From: an uncultured Chloroflexia bacterium
Lineage (GTDB): Bacteria > Chloroflexota > Limnocylindria > QHBO01
Assembly: GCA_963807915.1 (NCBI GenBank)
Contig: CAWEDO010000002.1
Location: forward strand, 297,502 to 361,501
Direction of reading: 5' to 3'
Length of the DNA: 64,000 bases
The position numbers were made by a program, and so were the translations under genes. A model generated the notes under the pieces. The model was given only the letters and a program-made list of their open reading frames with translations, searched no databases and had not been told where the DNA came from. Each line of letters opens with the position of its first letter. Position 1 is the first letter of the stretch. Below are positions 10,153-22,467 of the stretch, in pieces.

Positions 10153-11424
10153 ATGGCGCGACGATTCCGTTGGACCTTGCCGCTCGTGGTCATCGCCCTG
10201 GTGATGGCTGCGTGCGGCACTTCGACCAGCAGCGGTGACAACAAGACCGTCACCATCATCGGTACCTGGACCGATGCCGAGCAGGAGTCCTTCCTCGCGA
10301 TGGTCAAGCCGTGGGAGGACCAGACCGGCAACAAGGTGAAGTACCAAGGCACCCGCTCGATCAATGACATCCTGGCGGCCGGCATCCCGACCGGCGTCCT
10401 GCCTGACCTCGCCGGCCTCCCCGGGCCTGGCCAGATGGCGGACTACGTCGCGGCCGGTGCGCTCCAGCCACTCGACGACGTCCTCGACGTGGCCACATAC
10501 AAGGACGAGACCTCCCCCGCCCTCGTCGACCTCGGCAAGGTGGAAGGGAAGACTTACGGCGTCTTCATCAAGGCCGCTCTCAAGGGCCTGATCTTCTACA
10601 ACCCCACGCTGCACGACTATTCGTCTGGCGCCCCGGCGACCTGGGACGAGCTGATCTCCCAGGGCGAGGCGAACCAGGGGAATGCAGACTCGCTCTGGTG
10701 CCTCGGCATCGAGTCGGGTGACGCATCGGGTTGGCCGGCGACCGACTGGATCGAGAACATCCTCCTCCGCCAGGCAGGCCCTCAGGTCTACAACGACTGG
10801 TGGGCAGGCAAGGTGAAGTGGACCGATCCGGCGATCAAGGCCGCCTTCGACCTGTACATGGACGTGGTCGACAGCTCGTATGGCGGTGGCACGAACGCCG
10901 TCGCGACCGCGTTCCAGACGGCTGGCGACCCGCTCCTGGCGAGCCCTCCCGGCTGCGAGTTCTTCGAGCAGGCCAGCTTCATGAGTGGCCAGGGCGCGTT
11001 CGCGGCCAAGACGGCCGGCACCGACTTCAACGTGTTCCCATTCCCGGCCATCAACCCGGACTACGCGAATGCGGTCGAGGGCGCCGGTGACCTCTTCGGC
11101 ATGTTCCACGCCACCGACGCGGCCAAGTCGCTGATGAAGTACCTCGTCACCGCCGACGCCCAGAACATCTGGGTCCAGCGGGGCGGAGCGCTGTCGGCGA
11201 ACAAGAACGCATCGGACTATCCGGATGCCTTCAGCGCCGCCCAGGGAGCGGCGGTGGCAGCAGCCGAGCAGTTCGTGTTCGATGCTTCGGACCTGATGCC
11301 CTCGGCCATGAATGCCGCCTTCTGGCAGCACATGGTCAGCCTGACGTCGGGCGCGGAATCGGTGTCTGAGGCACTCGCTGCCCTGCAGGTTGTGGCGGAC
11401 GACGCCTACAAGCCCGCTTCGTAG
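10153..11424 (+). CDS. ABC transporter extracellular solute-binding lipoprotein (family 1, trehalose/maltose-type)
   Basis: Lipoprotein signal MARRFRWTLPLVVIALVMAACG. SBP_bac_1-like sequence. GGAGGG ribosome-binding site before ATG 10153 (ORF called from TTG 10123). Confidence 0.8.
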   Translation: MARRFRWTLPLVVIALVMAACGTSTSSGDNKTVTIIGTWTDAEQESFLAMVKPWEDQTGNKVKYQGTRSINDILAAGIPTGVLPDLAGLPGPGQMADYVAAGALQPLDDVLDVATYKDETSPALVDLGKVEGKTYGVFIKAALKGLIFYNPTLHDYSSGAPATWDELISQGEANQGNADSLWCLGIESGDASGWPATDWIENILLRQAGPQVYNDWWAGKVKWTDPAIKAAFDLYMDVVDSSYGGGTNAVATAFQTAGDPLLASPPGCEFFEQASFMSGQGAFAAKTAGTDFNVFPFPAINPDYANAVEGAGDLFGMFHATDAAKSLMKYLVTADAQNIWVQRGGALSANKNASDYPDAFSAAQGAAVAAAEQFVFDASDLMPSAMNAAFWQHMVSLTSGAESVSEALAALQVVADDAYKPAS

Positions 11425-11502
11425 CGGTCGGAAAGCGAACATGGGCCGAGGCGCGGCGATGCCTCGCCTCGGCCCACGACCTCCTGATAGGCAGGGAGGA
11501 GC

Positions 11503-12480
11503 ATGGTCGACAACCTGATCAACGCGGCGATCGTGGTGATCGGCGTGCCCGGCGTCCTGATCGGCTACATCTGGGGCACGGAGCAGGTGCTCCGCGTGCT
11601 TCCGGAGCGACGTAAGCCCCAGGTCCGCCCATGGCTGTGGCTTGCCCCTGCCCTCGCATTCCTGGCCCTCTTCCTGATCTGGCCGATGTTCGGCACGATC
11701 CTGCGCAGTTTCCAGGACAACACGGGCAAGAAGTTCGTGGGCCTCGACAACTTCTTCTGGTTCTTCGGCAGCAACGACGCGCTGTCCGCCCTGAAGAACA
11801 ACCTGCTGTGGCTGGTCTTCCTGACCCTCTTCGTCGTCGGCTTCGGGCTGCTCGTCGCGGTCCTGGTCGACAAGGTTCGATACGAGTCGTTCGCGAAGAG
11901 CGTGATCTTCGTACCGCTCGCGGTCAGCATGGTCGCCGCCGGCGTGATCTGGCTCTACATGTACCAGTACAAGCCGCCCGGGGCGGTCCAGACCGGGACA
12001 CTGAACGCGGTCCTCGGTGTCGCAGGCCTCGGCCCGGTGCCATGGCTGCAGGTCCAGGCGTTCAGCGTGAACACCTTCATGCTGATCATCGTGATGGCCT
12101 GGATGTGGACCGGCTTCGCGATGGTGATCATCTCCGCCGCGCTCAAGGGGATCAACCCGGAGCTGATGGAGGCGGCACGGATGGATGGCGCCACTGAGTG
12201 GCAGGTCTTCCGCGGGATCGTCTTTCCCCTGCTGGTGCCGACGATCGTGGTGGTGTCGACCACGATGATCATCACGGCCCTCAAGGCGTTCGACATCGTC
12301 TTCACCATGACCAGCGGCAATCTGCAGACGAACGTCATCGCCAACCAGATGTACGCGGAGATGTTCAAGTTCGGCCAGTACGGCCGGGCGAGCTCGATTG
12401 CCGTCGTGCTGCTGCTGGCGATCATCCCGATCATGTTCTTCAACATCGGTCGCTTCCGAGCGCAGGAGGCGGTCCGATGA
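11503..12480 (+). CDS. sugar ABC transporter permease (MalF/SugA type)
   Basis: Six TM helices and an EAA loop (AARMDGATEWQVFRGIVFP). Confidence 0.85.
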   Translation: MVDNLINAAIVVIGVPGVLIGYIWGTEQVLRVLPERRKPQVRPWLWLAPALAFLALFLIWPMFGTILRSFQDNTGKKFVGLDNFFWFFGSNDALSALKNNLLWLVFLTLFVVGFGLLVAVLVDKVRYESFAKSVIFVPLAVSMVAAGVIWLYMYQYKPPGAVQTGTLNAVLGVAGLGPVPWLQVQAFSVNTFMLIIVMAWMWTGFAMVIISAALKGINPELMEAARMDGATEWQVFRGIVFPLLVPTIVVVSTTMIITALKAFDIVFTMTSGNLQTNVIANQMYAEMFKFGQYGRASSIAVVLLLAIIPIMFFNIGRFRAQEAVR

Positions 12481-13364
12481 CGGCTGTCGCCCCCGGGCTG
12501 GATCAGGCGGGCCCGAAGCAGGGTTGGTTCGCGCGCCATCACATCGGCCTGAACACCGCTCTCATCGCGCTGATGATCATCTGGGCAATCCCGACGCTCG
12601 GACTGTTCATCAACTCCTTCCGTCCAGCGACCGAGGCATTCGGCACGGGCTGGTGGACGGCGCTCTTTCCACCGTACAACTTCAGCTTCGAGAACTACGC
12701 TCATGTGCTGAGCCAGGCGAACCTCGGCACCAGCTTCGTCAACAGTCTCTTCATCAGCATCCCCGCCACCGTGATCCCCATCTTCGTCGCCGCCTTTGCG
12801 GCATATGCCTTCAGCTGGATGGACTTCCCCGGCCGCAACGTCCTGTTCGTGGTCGTGGTGGGGCTGCTCGTCGTCCCGCTGCAGGCGACCCTGATCCCGG
12901 TGCTCAGCATGTTCGCCAGCTGGGGGATCGCTGGCACCTTCCTGGCCGTCTGGCTGGCGCACACCGCATATGGATTGCCCTTCGCCATCTACCTGCTGCG
13001 CAACTTCATGGGCTCGCTGCCGCGAGAGGTCTTCGAGTCCGCTGCGATCGACGGTGCGAGCTCGGTGACGAGCTTCTTCCGCCTGGCCTTGCCGATGAGC
13101 GTTCCAGCCATCGCGGCCCTGGCCATCTTCCAGTTCCTGTTCGTCTGGAACGACCTCCTGGTGGCGCTCATCTATATCGGGTTGGCCGATTCATCTCGGT
13201 TGCCGATGACGGTGGCCATCGCCAACCTCGTGTCGTCGCAGGGGGCAGGTATCGAGTTCCTGGGAGCCGCGGCCTTCCTGTCGATGGCGCTGCCGCTGAT
13301 CGTGTTCTTCTCGCTGCAGCGCTTCTTCGTGCGCGGCATCGTGGGAGGCTCGGTCAAGGGCTAG
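12477..13364 (+). CDS. sugar ABC transporter permease (MalG/SugB type)
   Basis: ATGA overlap with the upstream permease. Six TM helices and an EAA motif ([20 protein letters not shown]). Confidence 0.85.
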   Translation: MTAVAPGLDQAGPKQGWFARHHIGLNTALIALMIIWAIPTLGLFINSFRPATEAFGTGWWTALFPPYNFSFENYAHVLSQANLGTSFVNSLFISIPATVIPIFVAAFAAYAFSWMDFPGRNVLFVVVVGLLVVPLQATLIPVLSMFASWGIAGTFLAVWLAHTAYGLPFAIYLLRNFMGSLPREVFESAAIDGASSVTSFFRLALPMSVPAIAALAIFQFLFVWNDLLVALIYIGLADSSRLPMTVAIANLVSSQGAGIEFLGAAAFLSMALPLIVFFSLQRFFVRGIVGGSVKG

Positions 13365-13386
13365 CCCCAGCGGGTACTCTCTCGGC

Positions 13387-15040
<1,654 letters not shown>

Positions 15041-15063
<23 letters not shown>

Positions 15064-16387
15064 CCGCCGGCTCCAGCGCCTGGCGTCGGCATTCACCCCC
15101 GAATGGCTGGCGGCGCAGCGCTGGTTTCGCGGCAAGAGCCGAGGTCTGACCGCTGTCGACCTGGCCGATGCGGCCGAGATCCGCGGCAGCTCCGGCTGGC
15201 TCCTTGTGCTCGACGCGACCGGCGAGGATGGCGGCCATGTGCGCTACCTCGTCCCAGCCGTCCTGGCGGGCCACTCCTTCCGCGAGCCTGAAGACGGCGA
15301 TGGCGTGTGGCAGGCGCTGGCCCGGTTGATGCTCGAGGACGGCGAGCTGACCGGCTCAGCCGGTCGCTGGTCGTTCCGCGCGACGGCGGCCGCGACCGAG
15401 CTGGTGCCGGGTGGCGCAGCGGGACTCCCGTCGCTGCCGGAACGACGGCTCGGGGTGCAGCAATCCAACACCTCCGTCGCGCTGGGCGAGGCGCTGATCC
15501 TGAAGGTCTACCGCCTGGTCGAACCGGGGCTCAATCCCGAGGTCGAGGTGAACGCATTCCTCACCGAGGCCGGGTTCCGCCACGCGCCCTCCCTGGCGGG
15601 CTCTGCCACCTACCTCCTGGACGGGAATGTCCATTCCGCTGCCATGCTGCAGCAACTCCTCCACTCCTCTGGTGATGCTTGGAGCTGGATGCTCGCTCGC
15701 CTGGCGAGCGGACCCGACGGTCTGGCCGATGCGCTCCGGGCCGTGGCGCAGATTGGCACGCTGACGGCGGCGATGCACGCCTCGCTGGCGTCGCGTCCTG
15801 ACGCGCCCGGCTTCCCGTTCCGCTCGGCGACCACCGACGAGCTTGCCGCCTGGGCAAGCTCCGCCCAGGACCGGCTCAGGGCGGCCCTGGGGATCCTGGA
15901 AGGTGAAGCGCGGGCTCGATTGGCGGCCGTCGCCCCGCGCATCACGGCCGGGCTGGCTGCGATCGGGGCCGGGGAAGGCGCGATGGTCAGCCGGATCCAT
16001 GGGGACTATCACCTCGGCCAGCTGCTGCGCACGGAGGATGGGTTCGCCGTGATCGACTTCGAGGGCGAGCCGGCCCGTCCCCTGGCCGAGCGCCGCGCGC
16101 CAGCGTCGCCGCTGCGCGACCTGGCCGGCATGCTGCGTTCATTCGACTACGCCGTTCACTCGGCGGGTGAGGCAGGCGCGACGATGGCCGGACGCACCGA
16201 GTGGCTCCGCGAGGCGCGGGGCGCCTTCCTGGACGGCTATGGCGGGATCGGTGCGGAGGAGGGCGCGCTATTGAGCGCCTTCGAGCTCGAGAAGGCGTGC
16301 TACGAGGTCGTCTACGAGGCGAACAACCGCCCCGACTGGACGTGGCTGCCGCTCGAAGCCCTCGAGCGGCAGGTCGGTACCAGTTAG
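15041..16387 (+). CDS. mak: maltokinase (maltose 1-kinase, Pep2/Mak)
   Basis: [15 protein letters not shown]-terminus, [20 protein letters not shown] motif and the aminoglycoside-phosphotransferase-like [17 protein letters not shown] catalytic region, which are collinear with mycobacterial Pep2. Overlaps the treS 3' end by 23 nt. Confidence 0.85.
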
Positions 16388-16968
16388 GCCGCGACCTTCT
16401 CCAGCGCGCCGCTGCGAGCGCGGGCCGCGAGCGAGGCCACGAGCGCGGCGACCTCGGAACGGACCATCGGATCGATCAGATGCAGCTCCGCATCGAAGGC
16501 ATTCGACGCCGATGCGACCGCCACCTGCTCGTCGAGCACATCCGAGCCGGCCCGGCGCAACGAACGCGTGACCGATTCGATCCCCCCGCGGGCGCCGCTC
16601 GGCGTCACCGAGGCCCCCATCACCGCCGCCAGCTTCCCGGCCAGGGAGCGCTGGGGCGGACGCGAGGCCCAGTCGATCGCGTTCTTGAGCACGGCGCTGG
16701 TCCCGTCGTTGTACTCGGGGGTCACCAGCAGGATGGCGTCGGCCGCGTCGATCGCTTCACGGAGCGAGCGAACGGCGACCGGCTCACCGACCGCCTCGAC
16801 GTCGCCGTCGTAAAAGGGCAGTGCGCCGAGCCCGTCGAAGGTCGTGATCTCGACGCCCTGTGGCGCGAGCTCCTGAGCGGCGCGGAGGAGTGCCCGGTTG
16901 AACGAGGCGGCCCGCAGGCTTCCCGCGACGCCGAGCAGGCGAATCGGTTGCTGATTGGTGGTGGTCAT
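16384..16968 (-). CDS. NADPH-dependent FMN reductase family protein
   Basis: IRLLGVAGSLRAASFNRALLRAA..PEYNDGTSAVLKNAIDWASR matches the FMN_red (SsuE/ArsH-like) fold. Confidence 0.8.
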   Translation of the reverse strand: MTTTNQQPIRLLGVAGSLRAASFNRALLRAAQELAPQGVEITTFDGLGALPFYDGDVEAVGEPVAVRSLREAIDAADAILLVTPEYNDGTSAVLKNAIDWASRPPQRSLAGKLAAVMGASVTPSGARGGIESVTRSLRRAGSDVLDEQVAVASASNAFDAELHLIDPMVRSEVAALVASLAARARSGALEKVAA

Positions 16969-17050
16969 GTGATTGCGTCCTCAACTATCTGCCGATATAG
17001 TTGCACGCGCAATCAACTGTGTCAAGGGCGACACGTACACTCTCCGGGCC

Positions 17051-17935
17051 ATGACCACGCACGCCGTGACCGGCGCAACGAGCTACACGGGGCGGTACAT
17101 CGCCGAACGGCTGCGCGGCGCCGGGGACGATGTGCGCCACCTGGGTCGTGCCGAGCTCGGCCACGCGGGTCGCCTGGCGGCCGTGCTGGAAGGGACCGAT
17201 ACCCTGTACAACACCTTCTGGATCCGCTTCGAGCGCGGGCCGGTCACCTATGCCTGGGCGACCGAGCGAAGTCGGCTCCTCTTCGAGACCGCTCGCCGGG
17301 CCGGTGTCCGGCGGATCGTCCACATCAGCGTCATCAACGCCGCACACGACGCACCGACCGCCTACTTCCGTGCCAAGGCGGTGGTCGAGGATGCACTGAG
17401 GGCATCGGGGCTCTCCTACGCCATCGTCCGGCCGACGGTGACGTTCGGCCCTGGCGACGTCCTGCTCAACAACCTGGCCTGGACGCTGCGCCGGCTGCCC
17501 GTCTTCGGCATCCCCGGCGACGGCCGCTATCCGATCCAGCCGGTCCACATCGACGACATCGCCGACATCGCCGTGCGGGCCGCGTCGCTCCCCAGCGGCA
17601 CCATCGTGGATGCCGCCGGGCCGGACACGTACACCTTCCGCGAGTTCGTGGCGCTGGTGCGCGAGGCGATCGGCAGCCACGCGCTGGTGGTGCCAATGCC
17701 CGTCGCCGCGTCGCTCCTCGCGGCGCGGCTCATCGGGGTTGCCGTCCGCGACGTGGTGCTGCGGCGCGACGAGGTGACCGAGCTCCAGGCAGGGCTGATG
17801 CGCTCTGCCGAGCCGCCGACCGGCCGGATTCGGCTCGCGGACTGGCTGGCCGCCCATGCCGACGCGATCGGGCGGCACTGGGCGAACGAACTCGACCGCC
17901 ACTTCCGCGGAACCCGCGACGGCCCGCCAGCCTAG
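17051..17935 (+). CDS. NAD(P)-binding Rossmann-fold oxidoreductase (NmrA/atypical SDR-like)
   Basis: N-terminal HAVTGATSYTGRYIAERL dinucleotide-binding motif. The ORF is called from 16973, but ATG 17051 immediately precedes the Rossmann motif. Confidence 0.7.
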   Translation: MTTHAVTGATSYTGRYIAERLRGAGDDVRHLGRAELGHAGRLAAVLEGTDTLYNTFWIRFERGPVTYAWATERSRLLFETARRAGVRRIVHISVINAAHDAPTAYFRAKAVVEDALRASGLSYAIVRPTVTFGPGDVLLNNLAWTLRRLPVFGIPGDGRYPIQPVHIDDIADIAVRAASLPSGTIVDAAGPDTYTFREFVALVREAIGSHALVVPMPVAASLLAARLIGVAVRDVVLRRDEVTELQAGLMRSAEPPTGRIRLADWLAAHADAIGRHWANELDRHFRGTRDGPPA

Positions 17936-17945
17936 CGGAGGGTGC

Positions 17946-20450
17946 TCAGGCGACCCAGACTCGTCCCGTGCGGCGAAGCAGTTCCGCGGCGATCGCGGGA
18001 GTCAGGGTGATGACCGCCACGATGATCCACTCCTCGGCATCGAGCGGCGACGCATGGAACGCGTCGGCCAGCGGGGGGACGAAGGGGATGGTCACCTGGA
18101 TCGCGGCCCCCAGGAGGCAGGCGAGCGCCAGGAACCCGTTGAGGCGCAGGTTGAATACCGACTGCGACACGCTGCGATTGGCGTAGGCGCGGGCCAGCTG
18201 GCCCATCACCAGCGCGGTGTAGGCCAGCCACCGCACGTGATCGGCGTCGCCGGGGTGCCAACCCATGGCCGCCAGTGCGGTGATGGCGGTGAAGCCGCCG
18301 GCGAGCGCGATGCGCGCCAGGAGCGGGACGGTCAGGAGCGGCACGCCGCGCGGGCGGGGCGGCTGACGCATGGCCCCTGGCTCCTCGGCCTCGCGCTCGA
18401 AGGCCACCGAGGTGGACAGGTCGATGAACAGCTCGAGCCACAGGATCTGGAGCGGCAGGAGAGGTTGTCCATAGCCGACCAGGGTGGCCAGCAGGATGAA
18501 GCCGAGCAGCGCCACGTGCGTCGAGACGAGGAAAACGAGGCCCTTGCGCACGTTCTCGACGATGCGGCGGCCCTCGCGCAGCCCCTCCATGAGGGTCGCG
18601 AACGAGTCGTCGCCGAGGACGAGGTCGGCGGCCTCGCGGGCGACCTGGGTGCCGCTGCCCATGGCCACCGCCACGTCAGCCCGATGGAGCGCCGGGGCGT
18701 CGTTTACGCCATCGCCGGTGACAGCCACCGTGCGCCCGGCGGCGCGAGCGGCCTCGACGATCCGCAGCTTCTGCTCCGGGACCGCGCGCGCCACGATCCG
18801 CATCGACGGCAGCTCGGCGGACAGGCGCGCCTCGTCCCATCCGTCGAGCTCCGCGCCCGTGACCACGTGGTGCGTGTCCATCCCGGCGGCCCGCGCGATG
18901 GAGCTCGCGGTGCGCGGGTGATCGCCGGTCACCAAGATGGTCTGGATCCCCGCCTCGCGAGCCATGGCCATCGCCTCCGCCACATCGCCGCGTAGCTCGT
19001 CGGCGAAGACCAGGATGGCGCGCGGCTGCCACGCCTCCCCGGCAGCGCGGCGACGGGCGAGGAGGAGGAGCCGACCGCCCTCGGCGGTCTCGCGGCTGAC
19101 CGCGGTGTGCCAGGCGGCGATGTCGCCCTCGCATAGCGCCAGGACCGCCTCCGGCGCCCCGAGCGCCAGCTCCTCGTCATCGGTGCGGGTGTGGGAGTAG
19201 GGCTTCGCGTCGCTGGGCGGCTCGGATGACAGCAGCCTGGCAGGATCGAGGTAGGGCGGGTCATCCAGGGCGTCGAGGAGGGCGCGCGCGAACGAGCCGG
19301 CTCGCCCACCGGCGGCGACGCGCCAGGCGTCGTCCTCGGCGCGCAGCGCCTCGGCCAGCAGCGCGTCAGCGGCCGGCCCCTGGATCGGGCCATCCGGTGT
19401 GACGACCCGCGCCAGTGCCAGGCGGTTGTGGGTGAGGGTCCCGGTCTTGTCGGTGAGGATCAGGTCAATCGCGCCGAGCGTCTCCTGGGCGTTGAGGCGC
19501 CGCACCAGCACCCCCTTGCGCAGCAGCCGGAAGGCGCCGAGCCCCAGGATCACCGCCAGCAGTACCGGCGGCTCCTCCGGGATCGCCGCGATGGCGGCGC
19601 TGACGCCGGCCAGCAGGTTGGCGCCAGCGGGCTGGCCCCGGGCGAAGCCGAGGCCGGCGGTGATGGCGATGAGCGCCAGCGCCGCGATGAGCAGGATGCG
19701 GACCAGTCGGTCGAGCTCGCGCTGGAGTGGCGAGCGCCGGCGTTCGAGGACCGCCAGGTTGCCGGCGATCTTGCCGAACTCGGTCGCCTGGCCGCAGGCA
19801 ACGACGAGCCCGACCCCTCGCCCCCCGACGACCGAGGTCCCGGCGTACGCGATCGAGCGGCGGTCCGCCAGCACCGCATCCGCTTCGTCGGGCGCGGTCG
19901 TGCCAGGCTCGGGCAGCGACTCACCGGTCAGGACGCTGCGGTCGAGGAGGAGGGCGTCGGTCTCGAGCAGGCGCAGGTCCGCGGGGACCACGTCGCCGAC
20001 CCGCAGCAGGACGACGTCACCCTGCACCAGGTCCGCCGCCGGAACGTCGTGTGCGACGCCCGCGCGCCGCACCCGCGCCACCGGGGCCGAGGCGGCGTGC
20101 AGCGCCTCGAGCGCGCGCTCGGCGCGGAAGCCGGTCACGACGTCGGCGGCGACGATCGGCACCAGCCCGGCCAGTACCAGCAGCCCGTCGCGCACCTCCC
20201 CAAGGAAGACGGCGAGGCCGCCCGAGGCAAGCAGGACCAGGATGAACGGCTCGGTCGCCGCTTCCCACAGCATCCGCCACAGCGGCGTGGCGGTGCGTTG
20301 GGCCAGGAGGTTGGCCCCAGACCGGGCGAGGCGGCGTGCGGCCTCCTCGTCGGTCAGGCCCGTCGATGGCTGAACGGCGAAGGCGGCGGCCACAGCCGCC
20401 GCTTCCGTCGCGTGGGGCGGGGTGGAGGTCACCGCCCCATCATCGGTCAA
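17946..20450 (-). CDS. P-type (E1-E2) cation-transporting ATPase, P2 (Ca2+/Mg2+-type)
   Basis: DKTGTLT phosphorylation site, TGDHPRTA, VAVTGDGVNDAPALHRADVAVAMG hinge and an IPEEPP (PEGLP-like) TM4 motif. No CPC heavy-metal motif. Confidence 0.85.
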   Translation of the reverse strand: MTDDGAVTSTPPHATEAAAVAAAFAVQPSTGLTDEEAARRLARSGANLLAQRTATPLWRMLWEAATEPFILVLLASGGLAVFLGEVRDGLLVLAGLVPIVAADVVTGFRAERALEALHAASAPVARVRRAGVAHDVPAADLVQGDVVLLRVGDVVPADLRLLETDALLLDRSVLTGESLPEPGTTAPDEADAVLADRRSIAYAGTSVVGGRGVGLVVACGQATEFGKIAGNLAVLERRRSPLQRELDRLVRILLIAALALIAITAGLGFARGQPAGANLLAGVSAAIAAIPEEPPVLLAVILGLGAFRLLRKGVLVRRLNAQETLGAIDLILTDKTGTLTHNRLALARVVTPDGPIQGPAADALLAEALRAEDDAWRVAAGGRAGSFARALLDALDDPPYLDPARLLSSEPPSDAKPYSHTRTDDEELALGAPEAVLALCEGDIAAWHTAVSRETAEGGRLLLLARRRAAGEAWQPRAILVFADELRGDVAEAMAMAREAGIQTILVTGDHPRTASSIARAAGMDTHHVVTGAELDGWDEARLSAELPSMRIVARAVPEQKLRIVEAARAAGRTVAVTGDGVNDAPALHRADVAVAMGSGTQVAREAADLVLGDDSFATLMEGLREGRRIVENVRKGLVFLVSTHVALLGFILLATLVGYGQPLLPLQILWLELFIDLSTSVAFEREAEEPGAMRQPPRPRGVPLLTVPLLARIALAGGFTAITALAAMGWHPGDADHVRWLAYTALVMGQLARAYANRSVSQSVFNLRLNGFLALACLLGAAIQVTIPFVPPLADAFHASPLDAEEWIIVAVITLTPAIAAELLRRTGRVWVA

Positions 20451-20462
20451 TTCTGGCCCCCG

Positions 20463-21668
20463 CTAGACCCGGCCTCGCGGCACGGTGTGCCAGTACGTCT
20501 TGTTGAACACGATCTTGCCCAAGTGCCAGAAGCGGTTCGGCTTCGGTGGCCGCGGCGGGTGGTCGTAGTCGAACTGGAGGAGCGTCCCCTTCCCGTCGCC
20601 GACCTCGAAGAAGCACATCACCTTGCCGGTGTAGCTGGCGTGCTTCCGTTGCGGCTCGCGCTCCTGGATCTCCGACGCGATGAGCTCCGCCACGATCGGC
20701 GCCTCGAAGTGGGCGGTCGAGCCGGCCTTCGAGAGCGGCAGGTCGGTGGCGTCCCCCAGCGCGTAGACGTTGGGACGTCCGCCGACGCGGAGGGTGTGGT
20801 GGTCCGTCGGCAGCCAGCCGCTGGCCGGCGCGAGACCGGAGTCGATGACGAGCTTCGAGCCCCGATGCGGGGGCACCAGGATCAGCAGGTCGTACGGCAG
20901 CTCCTCGCCCTCGAGGCTCTGCACCACCTTGCGCGCCGGGTCGATGGACTCGACGTTGAAGAAGGTGTGGAGCTCGATCCCCTTCTCGGCGAGGATCGGG
21001 GTTGCCATCTCCGAGACGCTCTCGATCGTGAAGGCGCGCCCGATGGGGCTGCAGTAGTCGATCTGGCTCTGTTCACGAAGCCCGCGCTCGCGGAGCTCGG
21101 ACTCGATCAGGAAGGCGACCTCGAGCGGCGCCGGTGGGCACTTGTACGGCATCCCGGCGATGCCGATCACGATCCGGCCGCCGGTGAACGCGTCGAGCGC
21201 GTGCCGCAGCTCGAGCGCGGCGGCCGCGGTGTAGAAGTGCTGCGCCTCCTCGTTGAAGTGCTCGATCTCCTCGGGCACGATCCTCGAACCGGTCGCGATC
21301 ACGAGCTGGTCGTAGCCGATGGAGCTGCCATCGGACATCTCGATCTGGCTCTTGGCCTCGTCGATGCGGACCGCCTTGCCCACCTTGAGCTGCACCTCCT
21401 CGTCGAGGAGGCTGCGCTCCGGCCGCGTCAGCTTCTCTGCCCGTTCGCCTCCCATGGCGATGTACATGAAGCCCGGCTGGTAGACGTGGTTGCCCATCTC
21501 GTCGACGAGCGTCACGCTCGCTTCACTGCGATCGATGTCATGGCGAAGCTTGCGCACCAGCAGGTTGGCGACGAGCGTCCCCCCGACGCCGCCGCCCAGG
21601 ATCACGACGCGGTTCACGGCGAGCCTCCTAGCGCAGCTTCTCGACCACGATCTCGTCGTAGCCATCAC
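20463..21668 (-). CDS. sqr: sulfide:quinone oxidoreductase (SQR) family flavoprotein
   Basis: N-terminal VVILGGGVGGTLVANLL FAD motif, conserved GMPYKCPPAPLE cysteine motif and a second Cys in KVMCFFE. The start may be the GTG at about 21617 (VNRVVILGGG) rather than the ATG at 21668, which overlaps the tusA-like gene. Confidence 0.75.
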   Translation of the reverse strand: MMATTRSWSRSCARRLAVNRVVILGGGVGGTLVANLLVRKLRHDIDRSEASVTLVDEMGNHVYQPGFMYIAMGGERAEKLTRPERSLLDEEVQLKVGKAVRIDEAKSQIEMSDGSSIGYDQLVIATGSRIVPEEIEHFNEEAQHFYTAAAALELRHALDAFTGGRIVIGIAGMPYKCPPAPLEVAFLIESELRERGLREQSQIDYCSPIGRAFTIESVSEMATPILAEKGIELHTFFNVESIDPARKVVQSLEGEELPYDLLILVPPHRGSKLVIDSGLAPASGWLPTDHHTLRVGGRPNVYALGDATDLPLSKAGSTAHFEAPIVAELIASEIQEREPQRKHASYTGKVMCFFEVGDGKGTLLQFDYDHPPRPPKPNRFWHLGKIVFNKTYWHTVPRGRV

Positions 21669-21873
21669 GGGTCTCGACGCCGACCAGGCGGTGGCCGGCC
21701 TTCTCGACCCACTTGGGGATATCCATCTTCGAGCCCGCGTCGCTGGAGTAGACGGCGATCAGGTCGCCGACCTGCCCTTCGCGAATGGCGCGGATCAGCT
21801 CCATCAGCGGTCCGGGGCAGTAGCTGCCGCGGGCGTCGACGGTGCGGGTGACTGGCGTTGTCAGGGTCTGCAC
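21628..21873 (-). CDS. tusA: TusA-family sulfurtransferase
   Basis: 81 aa with the CPGP motif (DARGSYCPGPLMELIRAI), which is the TusA/SirA two-layered alpha/beta fold signature. Confidence 0.8.
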   Translation of the reverse strand: MQTLTTPVTRTVDARGSYCPGPLMELIRAIREGQVGDLIAVYSSDAGSKMDIPKWVEKAGHRLVGVETRDGYDEIVVEKLR

Positions 21874-21901
21874 GGAATACCGTCCTTCTCGAACGTCTCT
21901 T

Positions 21902-22459
21902 CTAGATGAAGAGGCTTGCGTCGGCGTTGGTCATCAGCTCGAGTGCCGCAGCGGCACCAACCGCCGGCTCGACGCCGTCGATGAGCTGGTCGGCGCTGAT
22001 GCCCATCATGTCCATGCTCATCTGGCACGGGATGAGGCGAACGCCGAGTGCCTGCGCCATTTCGAGCAGCTCGCGTGGCTCGGCCACGCCGTACTGCTTG
22101 GCGAGCTTCTTCATCATCCAGGGGCCCATCCCCGCGAAGTTCAGCTTGCTGAGCTTGGCGTGATCGATCCCGGGGCGATTCATCATCGCCAGCATCTTCT
22201 GCATCCAGTTGGTGCCGGTGATCCGGACCTCGGGACGCACGAGCGCGAAGAGGCCCCAGAAGGTGAAGAAGATCGAGACCTTCATCTCCCCCGCGGCGGC
22301 GGTGCTGGCCAGGATGGTGGTGGCCCATGTTCGCTCGAGGTCGCCGCTCTCGGCGACGATCACGAGCTCCTTGGTCTTGACGTCCCCTTCGGTGATGGGG
22401 TCATCCAGCCCTTCGACCAGCGCGGTCGGCAGGGCGGGACGAGTGAGTGTTGCGGTCAT
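21902..22459 (-). CDS. DsrE/DsrF-like (COG2210) sulfur-relay protein, long form
   Basis: 185 aa starting MTATLTRP (verified ATG at 22457-22459). Conserved Cys in LIPCQMSMDMMG and C-terminal ...ASLFI resemble DsrE3-type proteins. The upstream 66 codons of the six-frame ORF are shadow. Confidence 0.65.
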   Translation of the reverse strand: MTATLTRPALPTALVEGLDDPITEGDVKTKELVIVAESGDLERTWATTILASTAAAGEMKVSIFFTFWGLFALVRPEVRITGTNWMQKMLAMMNRPGIDHAKLSKLNFAGMGPWMMKKLAKQYGVAEPRELLEMAQALGVRLIPCQMSMDMMGISADQLIDGVEPAVGAAAALELMTNADASLFI

Positions 22460-22467
22460 TTCAGGCC

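Noticed and set aside
19428-21851. 807-aa plus-strand ORF spanning the ATPase and SQR loci
   Set aside because: Gly/Arg/Asp-rich antisense translation with no domains. Minus-strand P-type ATPase and SQR motifs are definitive.
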